64,000 nt of DNA, taken from NCBI GenBank assembly GCA_044376115.1, contig JBILLK010000012.1, positions 1 through 64,000 of the forward strand, in the 5' to 3' direction. Positions 1-8,813 of this stretch are shown here, piece after piece. Position numbers and translations under genes: made by a program. The stretch comes from Polyangiaceae bacterium. GTDB lineage: Bacteria; Myxococcota_A; Polyangia; Polyangiales; Polyangiaceae. The stretch's first letter is position 1, and the number at the start of each line of letters is the position of its first letter. Below the pieces are notes generated by a model. That model had not been told where the DNA came from and made no database searches. It saw nothing but the letters and a program-made list of their open reading frames with translations.

Positions 1-3000
1 AGGAAGGTGGGGGTTCCGAGGTGGTCGCTGACGATGCCGTAGCGCTTGCGGCCTTGGATTTTCGCTAATGGTGTGAAGGTGCCGGGTTCTTGGATCCAGG
101 TTGTTAGCGGTTGGGTTTGTGCGGTTTTCTTGTCGGTGGTTCTTTCATGGATGAGGTCGTCGCCGTCCCAGATGTACTCGGTTATCTTGCCGTCGTAGGT
201 CTTGGTGGTTCGGCGGCCGAAGTTGTCGTAGGTAAAGGTGACGGTCTTTCCGTCTGGGCGGGTGACTTGGGTGAGTTCGCCCTGGGGGCTCCAGAGGTAG
301 TGCCAGGTGGCTCCGTCGCTTAATACCTTTTTGGTGAGGAAGCCGTCGGGGTCCACTGTGTATTGGGTTCCGTTGGCTTGTTGGATGACGCCGCCGGGGC
401 CGTAACGTCGGTCGGTTTTGTCTTGGCTTCGGAAGAGGTTGCCGGCGGGGTCGCTTTGTCGGTCGAGGGTTTCTCCGCTGGAGAAGATTTGGCGGATGAG
501 GTGGCCGCGTGGGTCGTATTGGTATTGGGAGGCGGTTAGGGTTTTGCCGTTGGGGGTTTGGGTTGTGATGGAGGCTATTTCTTCGGGGCTGGACCAGGCG
601 TAGGTTTTTAGGGCTACGTTGGTTCCTGGGGTTTGGGTTGTGGCTCCGGTGAGTACGGTTTGGTTTTGGGGTCTTCCGTAGGGGTCGCGGGTCCATACGG
701 AGGTGACGCCGCCGGGGAGGCGGCGGGCTGTTTCTTGGCCTAGGCGGTCGCGGGCGATTTTTACTTGGAAGGCGCCTAGGGCGGTTTGGGGGAGGGCGCT
801 GCGGATGGCGTGGGGGAGCTGGCTTAGGTCCCAGTCGGTGCTGAGGGCGGTGAGCTCGCCTTGGGCGTTGTATTGGTATTCGGTTCGGTGGCCAAAGCTG
901 GTGTTGCGCTGGGTGCGGAGGCCGCTGCGGTCGTAGTGGCTTTTGATGGTGGCGCTGAGGGCTGTGGTGGTGAGGGTCTCTTGTTCGGCGATGATGCGGC
1001 CGAGTTGATCACGCTGGAAGGCCACCTGGCCGTCGGGGGTTTGGGCGCTGATGAGGTATCCGCGGTCGTCGTAGGAGAAGGTTTCTTGGGCTGGGGGGGT
1101 GGGGCTATTGGGGTTGCCGCCTTGGGAGGTTTGTTGAATGACGCGGCCTAGGGGGTCGCGTTGGTATTTGGTTAGGCGGTAGGCGCCGCTCCAGACTTGG
1201 GCGGTGCGGCCGGCCTTGTCATAGAGGTATTTGCGGCGGGTGCCGGAGAAGGTTCTTTCGGCTTGGACGCGGCCGGCCTTGTCGAGTTGGAAGCTGTAGG
1301 TCTCACCGTGTTGGTTCTCAACGGCGATCAGGTCGGTGTCGGTATCGTAGAAGAGTTTGACGCTATGGCCGAGCGGGTCGATGTGTTCAATGAGCTGGTC
1401 CATACCGGCGTAGCGCATGGTGATGCTGCGGCCGCGGCTGTCGGTTTGGCGTGTGGGGTTGCCTTCGGCGTCGTATTGGTAGGTAAGGGCTTCGCCGTCG
1501 GCTCGTTGATAGTAAAGTACGAGGCCGCTTGGGTCGCGCTCGAGGCGTTCTTGGCGGCCCATGGGGTCAATGCTGGAGATGGTTCTGCCGTGGTGGTCGT
1601 GGCTGAACTGGGTGACGCGGTCTTCGCTGCGGATCTGTTGGAGGTTGTGCGCGGAGCTCCAGCTGAGGTGGAGGCTGCGGCCCATGGGGTCTTCAATGCG
1701 GGTGAGGCGGCCCTGGGGGTCGTAGCTGCGTCGGGTGAGGTCGCCGGCGGGGCTTTCACTTAGGAGGAGGAGCCGGCGGTGGTCGTGCTGGAGGGTGGTG
1801 GTGGCGCCGGCTTCATCGGTGATTTGGCTGGGGTTGCCTTGGGGGTCGTATTGGAGGTAGCGGCTCTTGCCGAGGGGGTTGGTCTCGGAGAGGAGGCGGC
1901 CTTGGGGGTCCCAGGTCCAGCTTGTGACGTTGCCCAGGGCGTCTTCTTCGCTAAGCTTCCAGGTCTGGGGGCTATAGCTGTAGCGGGTGACGTTGCCGGC
2001 GGGGTCGTACAGCTCATCCACGAGGCCGAGAGCGTTTGTATGATAGCGGGTGATGCCGCCGCGTCCGTCTTCTACGGTGGTTAGCCTGCGCTCCTTTACA
2101 TAGGTTATGCGGCGGTCAAAGAGGATGCGCGGGAGGGCATTCTTGGCGCCCGGATCGGGGCTAAAGTGCTGGTTTTCGCCCCAGGTGCGGATGCAGTTGC
2201 CGTCGGGGTGGTCGAGGTCCCAGGCAAAGTGGAACTGCAAGCCGCTCTTGTGGGTTTCTTGGATGAGCACGCCGCCGGACCAGGCGTAATGCATACTAAA
2301 GCCGCGGGCGTCGGTTACGCGGCTGAGGCGGCCTTCTTGGTAGGCGTAGCGGACGAGCAGCTGTGGTTCAGCGGGGTATTGGTCAGGGGCTGGGGTGAGC
2401 CAGAGGCTCTCCAGGCGCTGGTCTGCCCAACGACATTCAATGATTCGCCCGGCAGCGTCGTGGATGGAGCTTAGTTGGCCGCGTTGGTAGCGGAGTTCGA
2501 GGCGGTTGTCGGACGGGTCGATGATGGCGACCGGCAGGTAGACGTTGCGGGCGGCGCCGGGTCGGGGGGAGTCGGTTGGGCTGTAGATCCAGCGGATGCC
2601 GTCTTCGTGAATGAGCTCAAAGCCGCTGGCGGTGCGGGCCAAGGTCTGGCGGTCTTCGGGGTCCCAGCTGGTGTCCCCAGGGTAGCGCAGAGCGCCAAAG
2701 GCCTTGGGGCGGCCGTCGGCTCCGGCTAGGTAGACAGCTTCGCCTGCTGGTTCTTCTTCTATCCAGGAGTCATAGGGGTGAAACCACGCGGGTCCCAAGG
2801 CGGGGGTGCGCTCTTTTAGATAGCTACTCAAGCTGGGGAGGATGGGGTGGCGGCCCTCGCGGGACCGGTAGTTGCGCTCCCATTGAATGGGCAGGATGGC
2901 GCCGCCGAGTTCAAAGTCGGTGGCGTCTGCAATCAGCTCGCCGCTGGCTACGTCCACCGGGTGGCCGGTCAAGAAGCAGACAAACTTGCTGCGTTTGCTG

Positions 3001-3569
3001 CCGGACGGGAGGTTGAACTTTTTGTGGGCCCAGCTGCTTACGCTCTTACCCCATTTGCCTTTGGCGTGTTTGAAGGCGCCTTTGAGGGCGCTGGTGGCCG
3101 CTACCATGTAATCAATGGCTTCGGGGCCACCGATGTTGACGGGTGGGCCGCCGGGTATGGGGGTTACAATGGAGGACGGGAGGTCCACCGGGTAGCTGCA
3201 GCTAATGACGTGGGAGAGCTCGCGCGCTTGGCTGGATCCGCCGAAGTTGACGGTCTTGGAGCCGGTTAGGATGGTGCCTTCGTTGTCGGGTGGGGCGTCG
3301 GGCGGCGCAGGGCCGGTTCCCGGAGGGGTCGGGAAGTGCGGTATGTTCATCACGTCGGTGCCCGAGTTGCCGGTGGGCATGCCGTTGACGAACACGGGGC
3401 CGCCACCACCGAAGATGGCTCCTATTGCGGCGCCCATCGCGGCTCCGAGCGGGTCGAAGACGGCTCCAACGAAGGGGTGAGGCAGCGGCGCCGTTCCCGG
3501 GGGGCCGGGAATAATCACCATATGGATGTCGAGGCCGAGGACGGGATCTCCGAACTTAGCGGCGGTCAT
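1..3569 (-). CDS. rhs: Rhs/YD-repeat polymorphic toxin with N-terminal PAAR-like domain (3' end runs off the window; toxin tip not visible)
   Basis: Not in the ORF track because there is no stop in the window. Manual translation from ATG 3569: MTAAKFGDPVLGLDIH...TGSKTVNFGGSSQAR (PAAR-like), TGHPVDVASGEL...WERNYRS...LGPAWFHPYD (DUF6531-like), many YD repeats (YDPQGRLT, YDAEGNPT, YDKAGRT, YDNFGRRTTK), ending YGIVSDHLGTPTF at the edge, the start of the Rhs core. ATGA overlap with the upstream gene stop. Confidence 0.95.
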   Translation of the reverse strand, partial: MTAAKFGDPVLGLDIHMVIIPGPPGTAPLPHPFVGAVFDPLGAAMGAAIGAIFGGGGPVFVNGMPTGNSGTDVMNIPHFPTPPGTGPAPPDAPPDNEGTILTGSKTVNFGGSSQARELSHVISCSYPVDLPSSIVTPIPGGPPVNIGGPEAIDYMVAATSALKGAFKHAKGKWGKSVSSWAHKKFNLPSGSKRSKFVCFLTGHPVDVASGELIADATDFELGGAILPIQWERNYRSREGRHPILPSLSSYLKERTPALGPAWFHPYDSWIEEEPAGEAVYLAGADGRPKAFGALRYPGDTSWDPEDRQTLARTASGFELIHEDGIRWIYSPTDSPRPGAARNVYLPVAIIDPSDNRLELRYQRGQLSSIHDAAGRIIECRWADQRLESLWLTPAPDQYPAEPQLLVRYAYQEGRLSRVTDARGFSMHYAWSGGVLIQETHKSGLQFHFAWDLDHPDGNCIRTWGENQHFSPDPGAKNALPRILFDRRITYVKERRLTTVEDGRGGITRYHTNALGLVDELYDPAGNVTRYSYSPQTWKLSEEDALGNVTSWTWDPQGRLLSETNPLGKSRYLQYDPQGNPSQITDEAGATTTLQHDHRRLLLLSESPAGDLTRRSYDPQGRLTRIEDPMGRSLHLSWSSAHNLQQIRSEDRVTQFSHDHHGRTISSIDPMGRQERLERDPSGLVLYYQRADGEALTYQYDAEGNPTRQTDSRGRSITMRYAGMDQLIEHIDPLGHSVKLFYDTDTDLIAVENQHGETYSFQLDKAGRVQAERTFSGTRRKYLYDKAGRTAQVWSGAYRLTKYQRDPLGRVIQQTSQGGNPNSPTPPAQETFSYDDRGYLISAQTPDGQVAFQRDQLGRIIAEQETLTTTALSATIKSHYDRSGLRTQRNTSFGHRTEYQYNAQGELTALSTDWDLSQLPHAIRSALPQTALGAFQVKIARDRLGQETARRLPGGVTSVWTRDPYGRPQNQTVLTGATTQTPGTNVALKTYAWSSPEEIASITTQTPNGKTLTASQYQYDPRGHLIRQIFSSGETLDRQSDPAGNLFRSQDKTDRRYGPGGVIQQANGTQYTVDPDGFLTKKVLSDGATWHYLWSPQGELTQVTRPDGKTVTFTYDNFGRRTTKTYDGKITEYIWDGDDLIHERTTDKKTAQTQPLTTWIQEPGTFTPLAKIQGRKRYGIVSDHLGTPTF

Positions 3570-4882
3570 TGGCTTACTCGCTGGCTGGGCGCTGCATGGA
3601 TGGCGGCGCGGATCCGGGCGGTTCGGTCTTTTGCCTCGGCGGCGAGGTGCGGCTTACCAAGGAGGAGCTGGGTGGCTTGGAGTCGCTCGCCGATAAGGCT
3701 GTAGCAGGTCAGGGCGGCGAGCCGTGGGTCGAGCGCTTCCGCCACGGCGAGGGCCTCGCTCCAAACGCTCACGGCATCCCCCGGGCGGTTTTCAGCCAGG
3801 AAGCACTCGCCGCACAGGCGGAGGCTCTCGAGCTTCATCGGCGGGAGGTCGTCGCTCGAGGCGCTGATTCGCTCATAGGCAGCGCGCGCGGTGGGGAACT
3901 CTTTACGATGCAGATGGGTGGCGGCCAAGCCGAGCTCGGCTTGCAGGACGAGCCGCGGTTCAGCCAGCGCCGCGGCGGCTTTGCGCGCGGTGGTAAAGGC
4001 CTCGATCGCGCGTTCCGTGCGGCCGCAGGCGAAATGCGAGCTACCGACGGCGATGGTGCAGGCCACGGCTTCGGGCTTGAGGTCGATCATGTGGCACCAC
4101 GTGCGCGCCATGCGGAACTTCTTGGCGGCGAGTTCGAACTGGCCTTCACTCTGGGCTTCACCGGCCTCGAACAAGAGGCGCTTGTAGGTTTGGCCGGCCT
4201 CTTTACTTGTTATTCGCTTCCCGGTCTTGCGGGTCAATTCGCGGCGTTGGGCGGGCGTGAGTTGGGGAGCGTTCTCGCGCGCAGGGCCCACGTTTTGCGG
4301 GCTCTTGAGCTGCTTGATGTGCTCGGTAAGGGCTTTGCGATCCACGTTGGCGCTAATGGCTTTACCCGCTGGGGCGACCTCCTTGGGGACGAGGAAGATG
4401 AGCTCGGGATAGCAAGCTCGAGCGACGAGCTTGGCCGTGAACTGGGCAAATGCTTCAGCCTGGAGCACCCGGGCCGGGGCGAGCACCACCACGAGGCCGG
4501 CCAGTTCATGGGCGACGGCCGAGGCAAGTTGCGAGAGGAAGCTCGCGAGGCTCTCGACACTGCGTTGCTCGGGCAGCGCGGTGGGCGCGATGATGCGCGC
4601 GTCCTCGGCGAGCCCTTGGCGGATGGCGGCCTCGTCCCCTGCCAAAAGCGCGAAGGCCTCTACCAAGTAGCTCTCCGGCTCGAGGAAGTCTGCGCTCAAT
4701 AGAATAAACGGATAACGGTTGTCCTCGCGATACTCGAAGAGCCGGAAGGTCTTGAGCACCTCGCTGGGCGTAAAGCCCTCGAGCGCGTAGCCGCGAGTGG
4801 CCTGCGGCGCGGGCGCCTGATCACTCAGGGCCAGCGCCAGGGCGGCATGAAACTGCTCCACTGCTAACGTCAAAGGGTCCAT
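3566..4882 (-). CDS. Hypothetical protein with C-terminal TPR-like repeats, between vgrG and rhs
   Basis: 438 aa ORF, 13 bp after the vgrG stop and overlapping the rhs start. C-terminal half has TPR-like helical pairs (AIEAFTTA, ARAAYERI, AVSVWSEALAVAE). Confidence 0.8.
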   Translation of the reverse strand: MDPLTLAVEQFHAALALALSDQAPAPQATRGYALEGFTPSEVLKTFRLFEYREDNRYPFILLSADFLEPESYLVEAFALLAGDEAAIRQGLAEDARIIAPTALPEQRSVESLASFLSQLASAVAHELAGLVVVLAPARVLQAEAFAQFTAKLVARACYPELIFLVPKEVAPAGKAISANVDRKALTEHIKQLKSPQNVGPARENAPQLTPAQRRELTRKTGKRITSKEAGQTYKRLLFEAGEAQSEGQFELAAKKFRMARTWCHMIDLKPEAVACTIAVGSSHFACGRTERAIEAFTTARKAAAALAEPRLVLQAELGLAATHLHRKEFPTARAAYERISASSDDLPPMKLESLRLCGECFLAENRPGDAVSVWSEALAVAEALDPRLAALTCYSLIGERLQATQLLLGKPHLAAEAKDRTARIRAAIHAAPSQRVSQ

Positions 4883-4895
4883 CGGCTACCTCGAC

Positions 4896-7268
4896 TCAGT
4901 TGACGTTGACCACGCTGCCGGTGATATCCACGGTGCCGCCGGCGATCTTGATGGAGCCAGCCTCGAGCGAGATGCTGCCTCCTTTGATCGAGACGGTACC
5001 GCCCTCGATCAGCACCTCGCCAGCCGCGTTCACGGTGACCGTCGCGCCTTGGATGGTAGCGGCCCCGCCGGCAACGGCAGTGAACTCGGTGGTGTTGATG
5101 GTGGCCGTCGCGGAGGCGTTGACCGTGTGGGCGACGGTATTGTGGGTGATGGTCGCGGAACCGTTCACCACCGCAACGGGGGTATTCACGACATGAACGG
5201 CACCGGCGTTGATGACCGCGGCGGCGGCCACGTTCTGCGTCAACATCGCGCCGATCGTTTCTACTTTGCTGGCGCCGACGTCAACGGTTTGGACAGCCGC
5301 GATGCTGTAGGACTCGGAGGCGCCTACGACCACCGAATGATTGGCGCCAACAGTGAGATCGCGCCCGGCGCCGACGCCGATGGTTTGCGCCGCGGAGATG
5401 CTGACCGTCTGCGAAGCTCCGATGGTGAGCTTCTGACTTGCGCCCACGTCGATGGTCTCGGTGCCGGTCACTGACTCGGTATTCGTCCCGCCTACGGTGG
5501 TGCTGCGATCGGCGCTGGTGGCCTCCGTGCGATTGGCTTGGACGGTGGATTTGGAGTCGTTCTTGACCGTCTCCTCGCGGTTGTTGCCGACGGCTGTATT
5601 CCAATCTTTGCCGGCGGTGAGGTTGACCTTCTCCTCTCCCGCCGTATCGTCGAATTGCAGCTCATTGAAGACCTTGCCGCCCGGAGAGGCCATGGTCTTG
5701 AGCGTGGAGACGGTGGCGGCGCCTTTGCCTTTGGCGGCGGCAGGTTGTTGACCGTTGTAAACCCGACCGACGACGATCGGCCGATCCGGGTCGCCGTCGA
5801 TGAAGTCGACGATCACCTCGGTGCCAACGCGCGGATGAAACACAGCTCCTCCGCCCGCGCCGGCAAATACCTGGGAGACGCGCACCCAGGTTGAGGTTGG
5901 CTCCTTGTCGTGGCGCTCGCTCTCGAGGTCCCAATGGAACTTGAGCCGGACACAGCCGTTCTCGTTTCCTTCGGGCCCGCCGACGTGAATCTCAGCGTCC
6001 TTCGCCGTGGGCTCGCTGGTGACCATGGCGGTTTGGGAGCCGAGGATGCGCGGCTTGGGCAAGAGCGGCGGGCGGTACTTCGACTCATCCGGGCTCTCGG
6101 CGGTGCCGCGTCGCACGCACTCGAGCTTGGCGCTAAACGGACGCGCTTGGCTTGCCGCGGGTAAGCCTGCAAGGGCGCCCACTGCTTCATCCCCGCCGAG
6201 TTCGCCCTGGCTAAAGCCTTGCAACTCGGCCTTGGTTACTAGGTATTCCCCTTCATAACGCGGGCTCGTATGGGTCATTGGGAACACGGTGCCGGCGCCG
6301 AGCAGACGGCAACCCGAGCTGATCTCCGCATAACGCGCCTCGGTCTGGAGCCGCTCGAGCCGGGCCTTGGCTAGGAGTTCGCCCTGCTTCGGCTCGTCCG
6401 GATAGAGGCCTGGATACATATCCACAGCAAGTGAGTCATCCCCCTCCCCCTTCGCCTCGACCTTCATGTCGAGCGAGGGCTTCTGCCAGTTGTAGTCAAC
6501 CAAGCGGTAACGCGTCGAGCGCAGCTTGCGCCCGAGGCGCACGTGGTCGAGCTGGCGACCAGCAACGCCCGGCCCCACCGGATCGAACGGATCGAGCGCA
6601 AAACGACCTGCATCGGCGTCGGCAATCACCATCACCACCGCCTCGGCGTGATGCTCGAAGTGATAGCTGAGGCCCTCCTCGGCCAGGAGGCGCGCTACAA
6701 ACGCTAGGTCGCTCTCGTTGTATTGAACGCAATAAGGACGGGTCGCGCTATCCTCCAATCGTGAAGGGTCTTTCAGGCGGAAGGCCACACACTCGCGCGC
6801 CGGCTCGAAGGGATCCGTCAGGCTCCCAGCCGCCTCAAACTCGGGGTCTTCAAGTTTGACCTTGGGATCTCCGAGCAGCACCGTCTCCAGGATCTGCTTG
6901 GTGCTCTTCTCCAGAAAGATGCGGCTCTTGCTGCGGAAAGCCGCACGGATCAGCGGCGGGACGAGCAAGACCTCATAGACCATCCCGTAGCGAGAAGAGC
7001 CGAGCTCGGAGGCCTCGGCGATCAGGCCGTGGAGGCTGCGCACGGCCGGGGTGGTGAGCGTGGCGATGCGCAAGGTGCCCAAACTTCCGACAAGCGTCTC
7101 AGCGTCTACCTCATTATCTGCGCCGCGCGCGTGCAAGATCAGCCGCGCCTCGAAGGGCTGGTTGAGCTCCTCCCGCAGTTGAAAGGAAATCACCCGCAAG
7201 TGGGACCAGGCAGCAGCCCCGCCCTCCCAATGAAAGACATAATCAAACGGGGCGTTCTCAGCGGACAT
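4896..7268 (-). CDS. vgrG: Type VI secretion spike protein VgrG/TssI
   Basis: YCVQYNESDLAFVARLLAEEGLSYHFEH, KPRILGSQTAMV, STWVRVSQVFAG, FHPRVGTEVIVDFIDGDPDRPIVVGRVYN, FNELQFDDTAGEEKV, then gp5-like beta-helix repeats. Confidence 0.97.
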   Translation of the reverse strand: MSAENAPFDYVFHWEGGAAAWSHLRVISFQLREELNQPFEARLILHARGADNEVDAETLVGSLGTLRIATLTTPAVRSLHGLIAEASELGSSRYGMVYEVLLVPPLIRAAFRSKSRIFLEKSTKQILETVLLGDPKVKLEDPEFEAAGSLTDPFEPARECVAFRLKDPSRLEDSATRPYCVQYNESDLAFVARLLAEEGLSYHFEHHAEAVVMVIADADAGRFALDPFDPVGPGVAGRQLDHVRLGRKLRSTRYRLVDYNWQKPSLDMKVEAKGEGDDSLAVDMYPGLYPDEPKQGELLAKARLERLQTEARYAEISSGCRLLGAGTVFPMTHTSPRYEGEYLVTKAELQGFSQGELGGDEAVGALAGLPAASQARPFSAKLECVRRGTAESPDESKYRPPLLPKPRILGSQTAMVTSEPTAKDAEIHVGGPEGNENGCVRLKFHWDLESERHDKEPTSTWVRVSQVFAGAGGGAVFHPRVGTEVIVDFIDGDPDRPIVVGRVYNGQQPAAAKGKGAATVSTLKTMASPGGKVFNELQFDDTAGEEKVNLTAGKDWNTAVGNNREETVKNDSKSTVQANRTEATSADRSTTVGGTNTESVTGTETIDVGASQKLTIGASQTVSISAAQTIGVGAGRDLTVGANHSVVVGASESYSIAAVQTVDVGASKVETIGAMLTQNVAAAAVINAGAVHVVNTPVAVVNGSATITHNTVAHTVNASATATINTTEFTAVAGGAATIQGATVTVNAAGEVLIEGGTVSIKGGSISLEAGSIKIAGGTVDITGSVVNVN

Positions 7269-8178
7269 GGCTAGCGGCCTCTCGCAAGAGTTGTTCGTAT
7301 TGCGCTTTGAAGACTGGATCGCTGGCGAGCCGTTTACCGAGCTTTTGCGCGAGGCTCAGCCACTCATCGGCGGTCACCGCAAACTGACGAAAGACAGCCT
7401 CCCGGTCGGCGGCGACGGCCAGCGTCGCTGCCAACTGCGCTATCCGCGCCACAGGCATGGGTAGCTCCTCGGGCGTGCCAAACGGCGTTGCTCCGGAGAG
7501 TAGCGCCTCACGAATCTTGGAGACGTCCACCGCGCCGGTCGCATCGAGGTCAATCGTTGGAGCGGCGCTCGGGCTCACCGCTGCCTTCGACGCGAACGGC
7601 ACAGCGGGCCGCATGCGACGAAGCTCGCTCAAGTCCACCTCGTCGGTGCCGGTGCTCGACGGTTGCGGCTGGCTGAGAGCGGCCTCAGCCGCGGGCGGCG
7701 GAGCGCTGGGCTCAGCGCTATCAACGAAGGGAATGCCTCGGTTGCGCAGACCAACGAGGATGGCGCGCACATCCGTCTCGCCGGTCGCGTCCACATCGAC
7801 GGTCGCCAGCTGCACCGCGCGTAGATCTGGCTTGGGGCGTTCGGCCTCAGGCTCCGGCAGGCCGATCGCAGCAGCAGCGGGCGCAGTAGCAGCAGCGGGC
7901 GCAGTAGCAGCAGCGGGCGCAGCAGCAGCGGGCGCAGTAGCCTCGCCATCCTCGATCGGGCCGCGCGCCTCGAGGTAGGCCGTTTGATATTCGAGCACCC
8001 GCTCGAATTGACCGCGGTCCAAATCCTCGGCGAGCTCACCGATCCAGTGCTCTTCAGCAGCCGCAAACGCCAAACTCAACGGTGGCTCGGGAAAAAGCTC
8101 CTCGCGCGATAGACCCGCGTCCAACCGACCACGCAAAGCGGCCGCCTCACGCACGGAGAGTACCTCTGTGGTTTTCAC
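7258..8178 (-). CDS. Hypothetical protein; first gene of the vgrG operon, two helical modules joined by a repetitive linker
   Basis: 306 aa ORF (GTG start) overlapping the vgrG start by 11 bp; Ala/Pro linker and three T-x-x-x-D...PF repeats. Confidence 0.75.
   Translation of the reverse strand: MKTTEVLSVREAAALRGRLDAGLSREELFPEPPLSLAFAAAEEHWIGELAEDLDRGQFERVLEYQTAYLEARGPIEDGEATAPAAAAPAAATAPAAATAPAAAAIGLPEPEAERPKPDLRAVQLATVDVDATGETDVRAILVGLRNRGIPFVDSAEPSAPPPAAEAALSQPQPSSTGTDEVDLSELRRMRPAVPFASKAAVSPSAAPTIDLDATGAVDVSKIREALLSGATPFGTPEELPMPVARIAQLAATLAVAADREAVFRQFAVTADEWLSLAQKLGKRLASDPVFKAQYEQLLREAASHVR
7868..7941. repeat. Coding tandem repeat, 18-bp unit GCAGCAGCGGGCGCAGTA, about 4 copies (TAPAAA linker)
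   Basis: Directly visible; one copy is shortened to 15 bp, frame preserved. Confidence 0.9.
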
Positions 8179-8235
8179 ATCCTAGTTATTACGGTGAGCT
8201 TTCAAACATGGACACCAAAAATTCGCGACCGTTGC

Positions 8236-8742
8236 TCAAGGCCGGGCGGGGACGATCTCACAGAGCCCCTCGCGACAACGTGCGGGGTTCTGCGGCCCAC
8301 AGTCTCGCGGCGGGCAGGCGTGCTGGACGGAGCCCTTGTGGTAGGCCTGGCAAGCGGCGTCCGCCCGCTGCACCCAGCTCTTCGAGCCGGCCACGCTGTC
8401 GCAACCATCGCAGCAGTAAAGCCGCTCCGAGACGCCGTAGCGCGTTACTGCACAATCGGTGTCCCGCGTGCACTTCTTATCCACCGGTAAGAACCGAGCT
8501 TCGGTTGGGGCATTCGCCTGCTGGGCAACCACGTCGACGGGCGCAACCGAGGCGGTGGCCGTGGCCGTGACGGCAGCGGACGAAGGCTCGGCGGAGGGCT
8601 CTACGTTGGGCAGCGGGGTCGTTGGATAAGCGGGTAATTGAGCGCTGGCTTGGCCAGACTGCTGTTCACCCTTGGCCGAGCCGCAGCCCGCGAGCAGCAC
8701 CATGAGCAGCGCAATCCCACCGCGGTCCCCACGATCCGTCAT
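8236..8742 (-). CDS. Small Cys-rich lipoprotein
   Basis: Lipobox LLAGC, Pro/Ala/Ser linker, CTRDTDC...CCDGC...CPPRDC...CREGLC. Confidence 0.75.
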   Translation of the reverse strand: MTDRGDRGGIALLMVLLAGCGSAKGEQQSGQASAQLPAYPTTPLPNVEPSAEPSSAAVTATATASVAPVDVVAQQANAPTEARFLPVDKKCTRDTDCAVTRYGVSERLYCCDGCDSVAGSKSWVQRADAACQAYHKGSVQHACPPRDCGPQNPARCREGLCEIVPARP

Positions 8743-8813
8743 TAGCAGCGCGTACCGGCTTCCTTGGACCCCGTCAACCAGGACCCCGGGCGAGCGGGAG
8801 CGTCTTTCCTCGG

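Noticed and set aside
111..3480. Many short ORFs at the left end suggesting a fragmented region or pseudogene
   Set aside because: A single minus-strand frame from 3569 reads as Rhs to the edge; the track omits it only because it lacks a stop.
3569..4702. 377-aa plus-strand ORF and other long antisense ORFs (47420-48643, 50763-51872, 28557-29750, 61296-62138)
   Set aside because: Shadow frames opposite or across well-supported genes in GC-rich DNA; no recognisable motifs.
4896..5600. Evolved VgrG with a C-terminal toxin domain
   Set aside because: The C-terminus is only beta-helix spike repeats ending in VVNVN.
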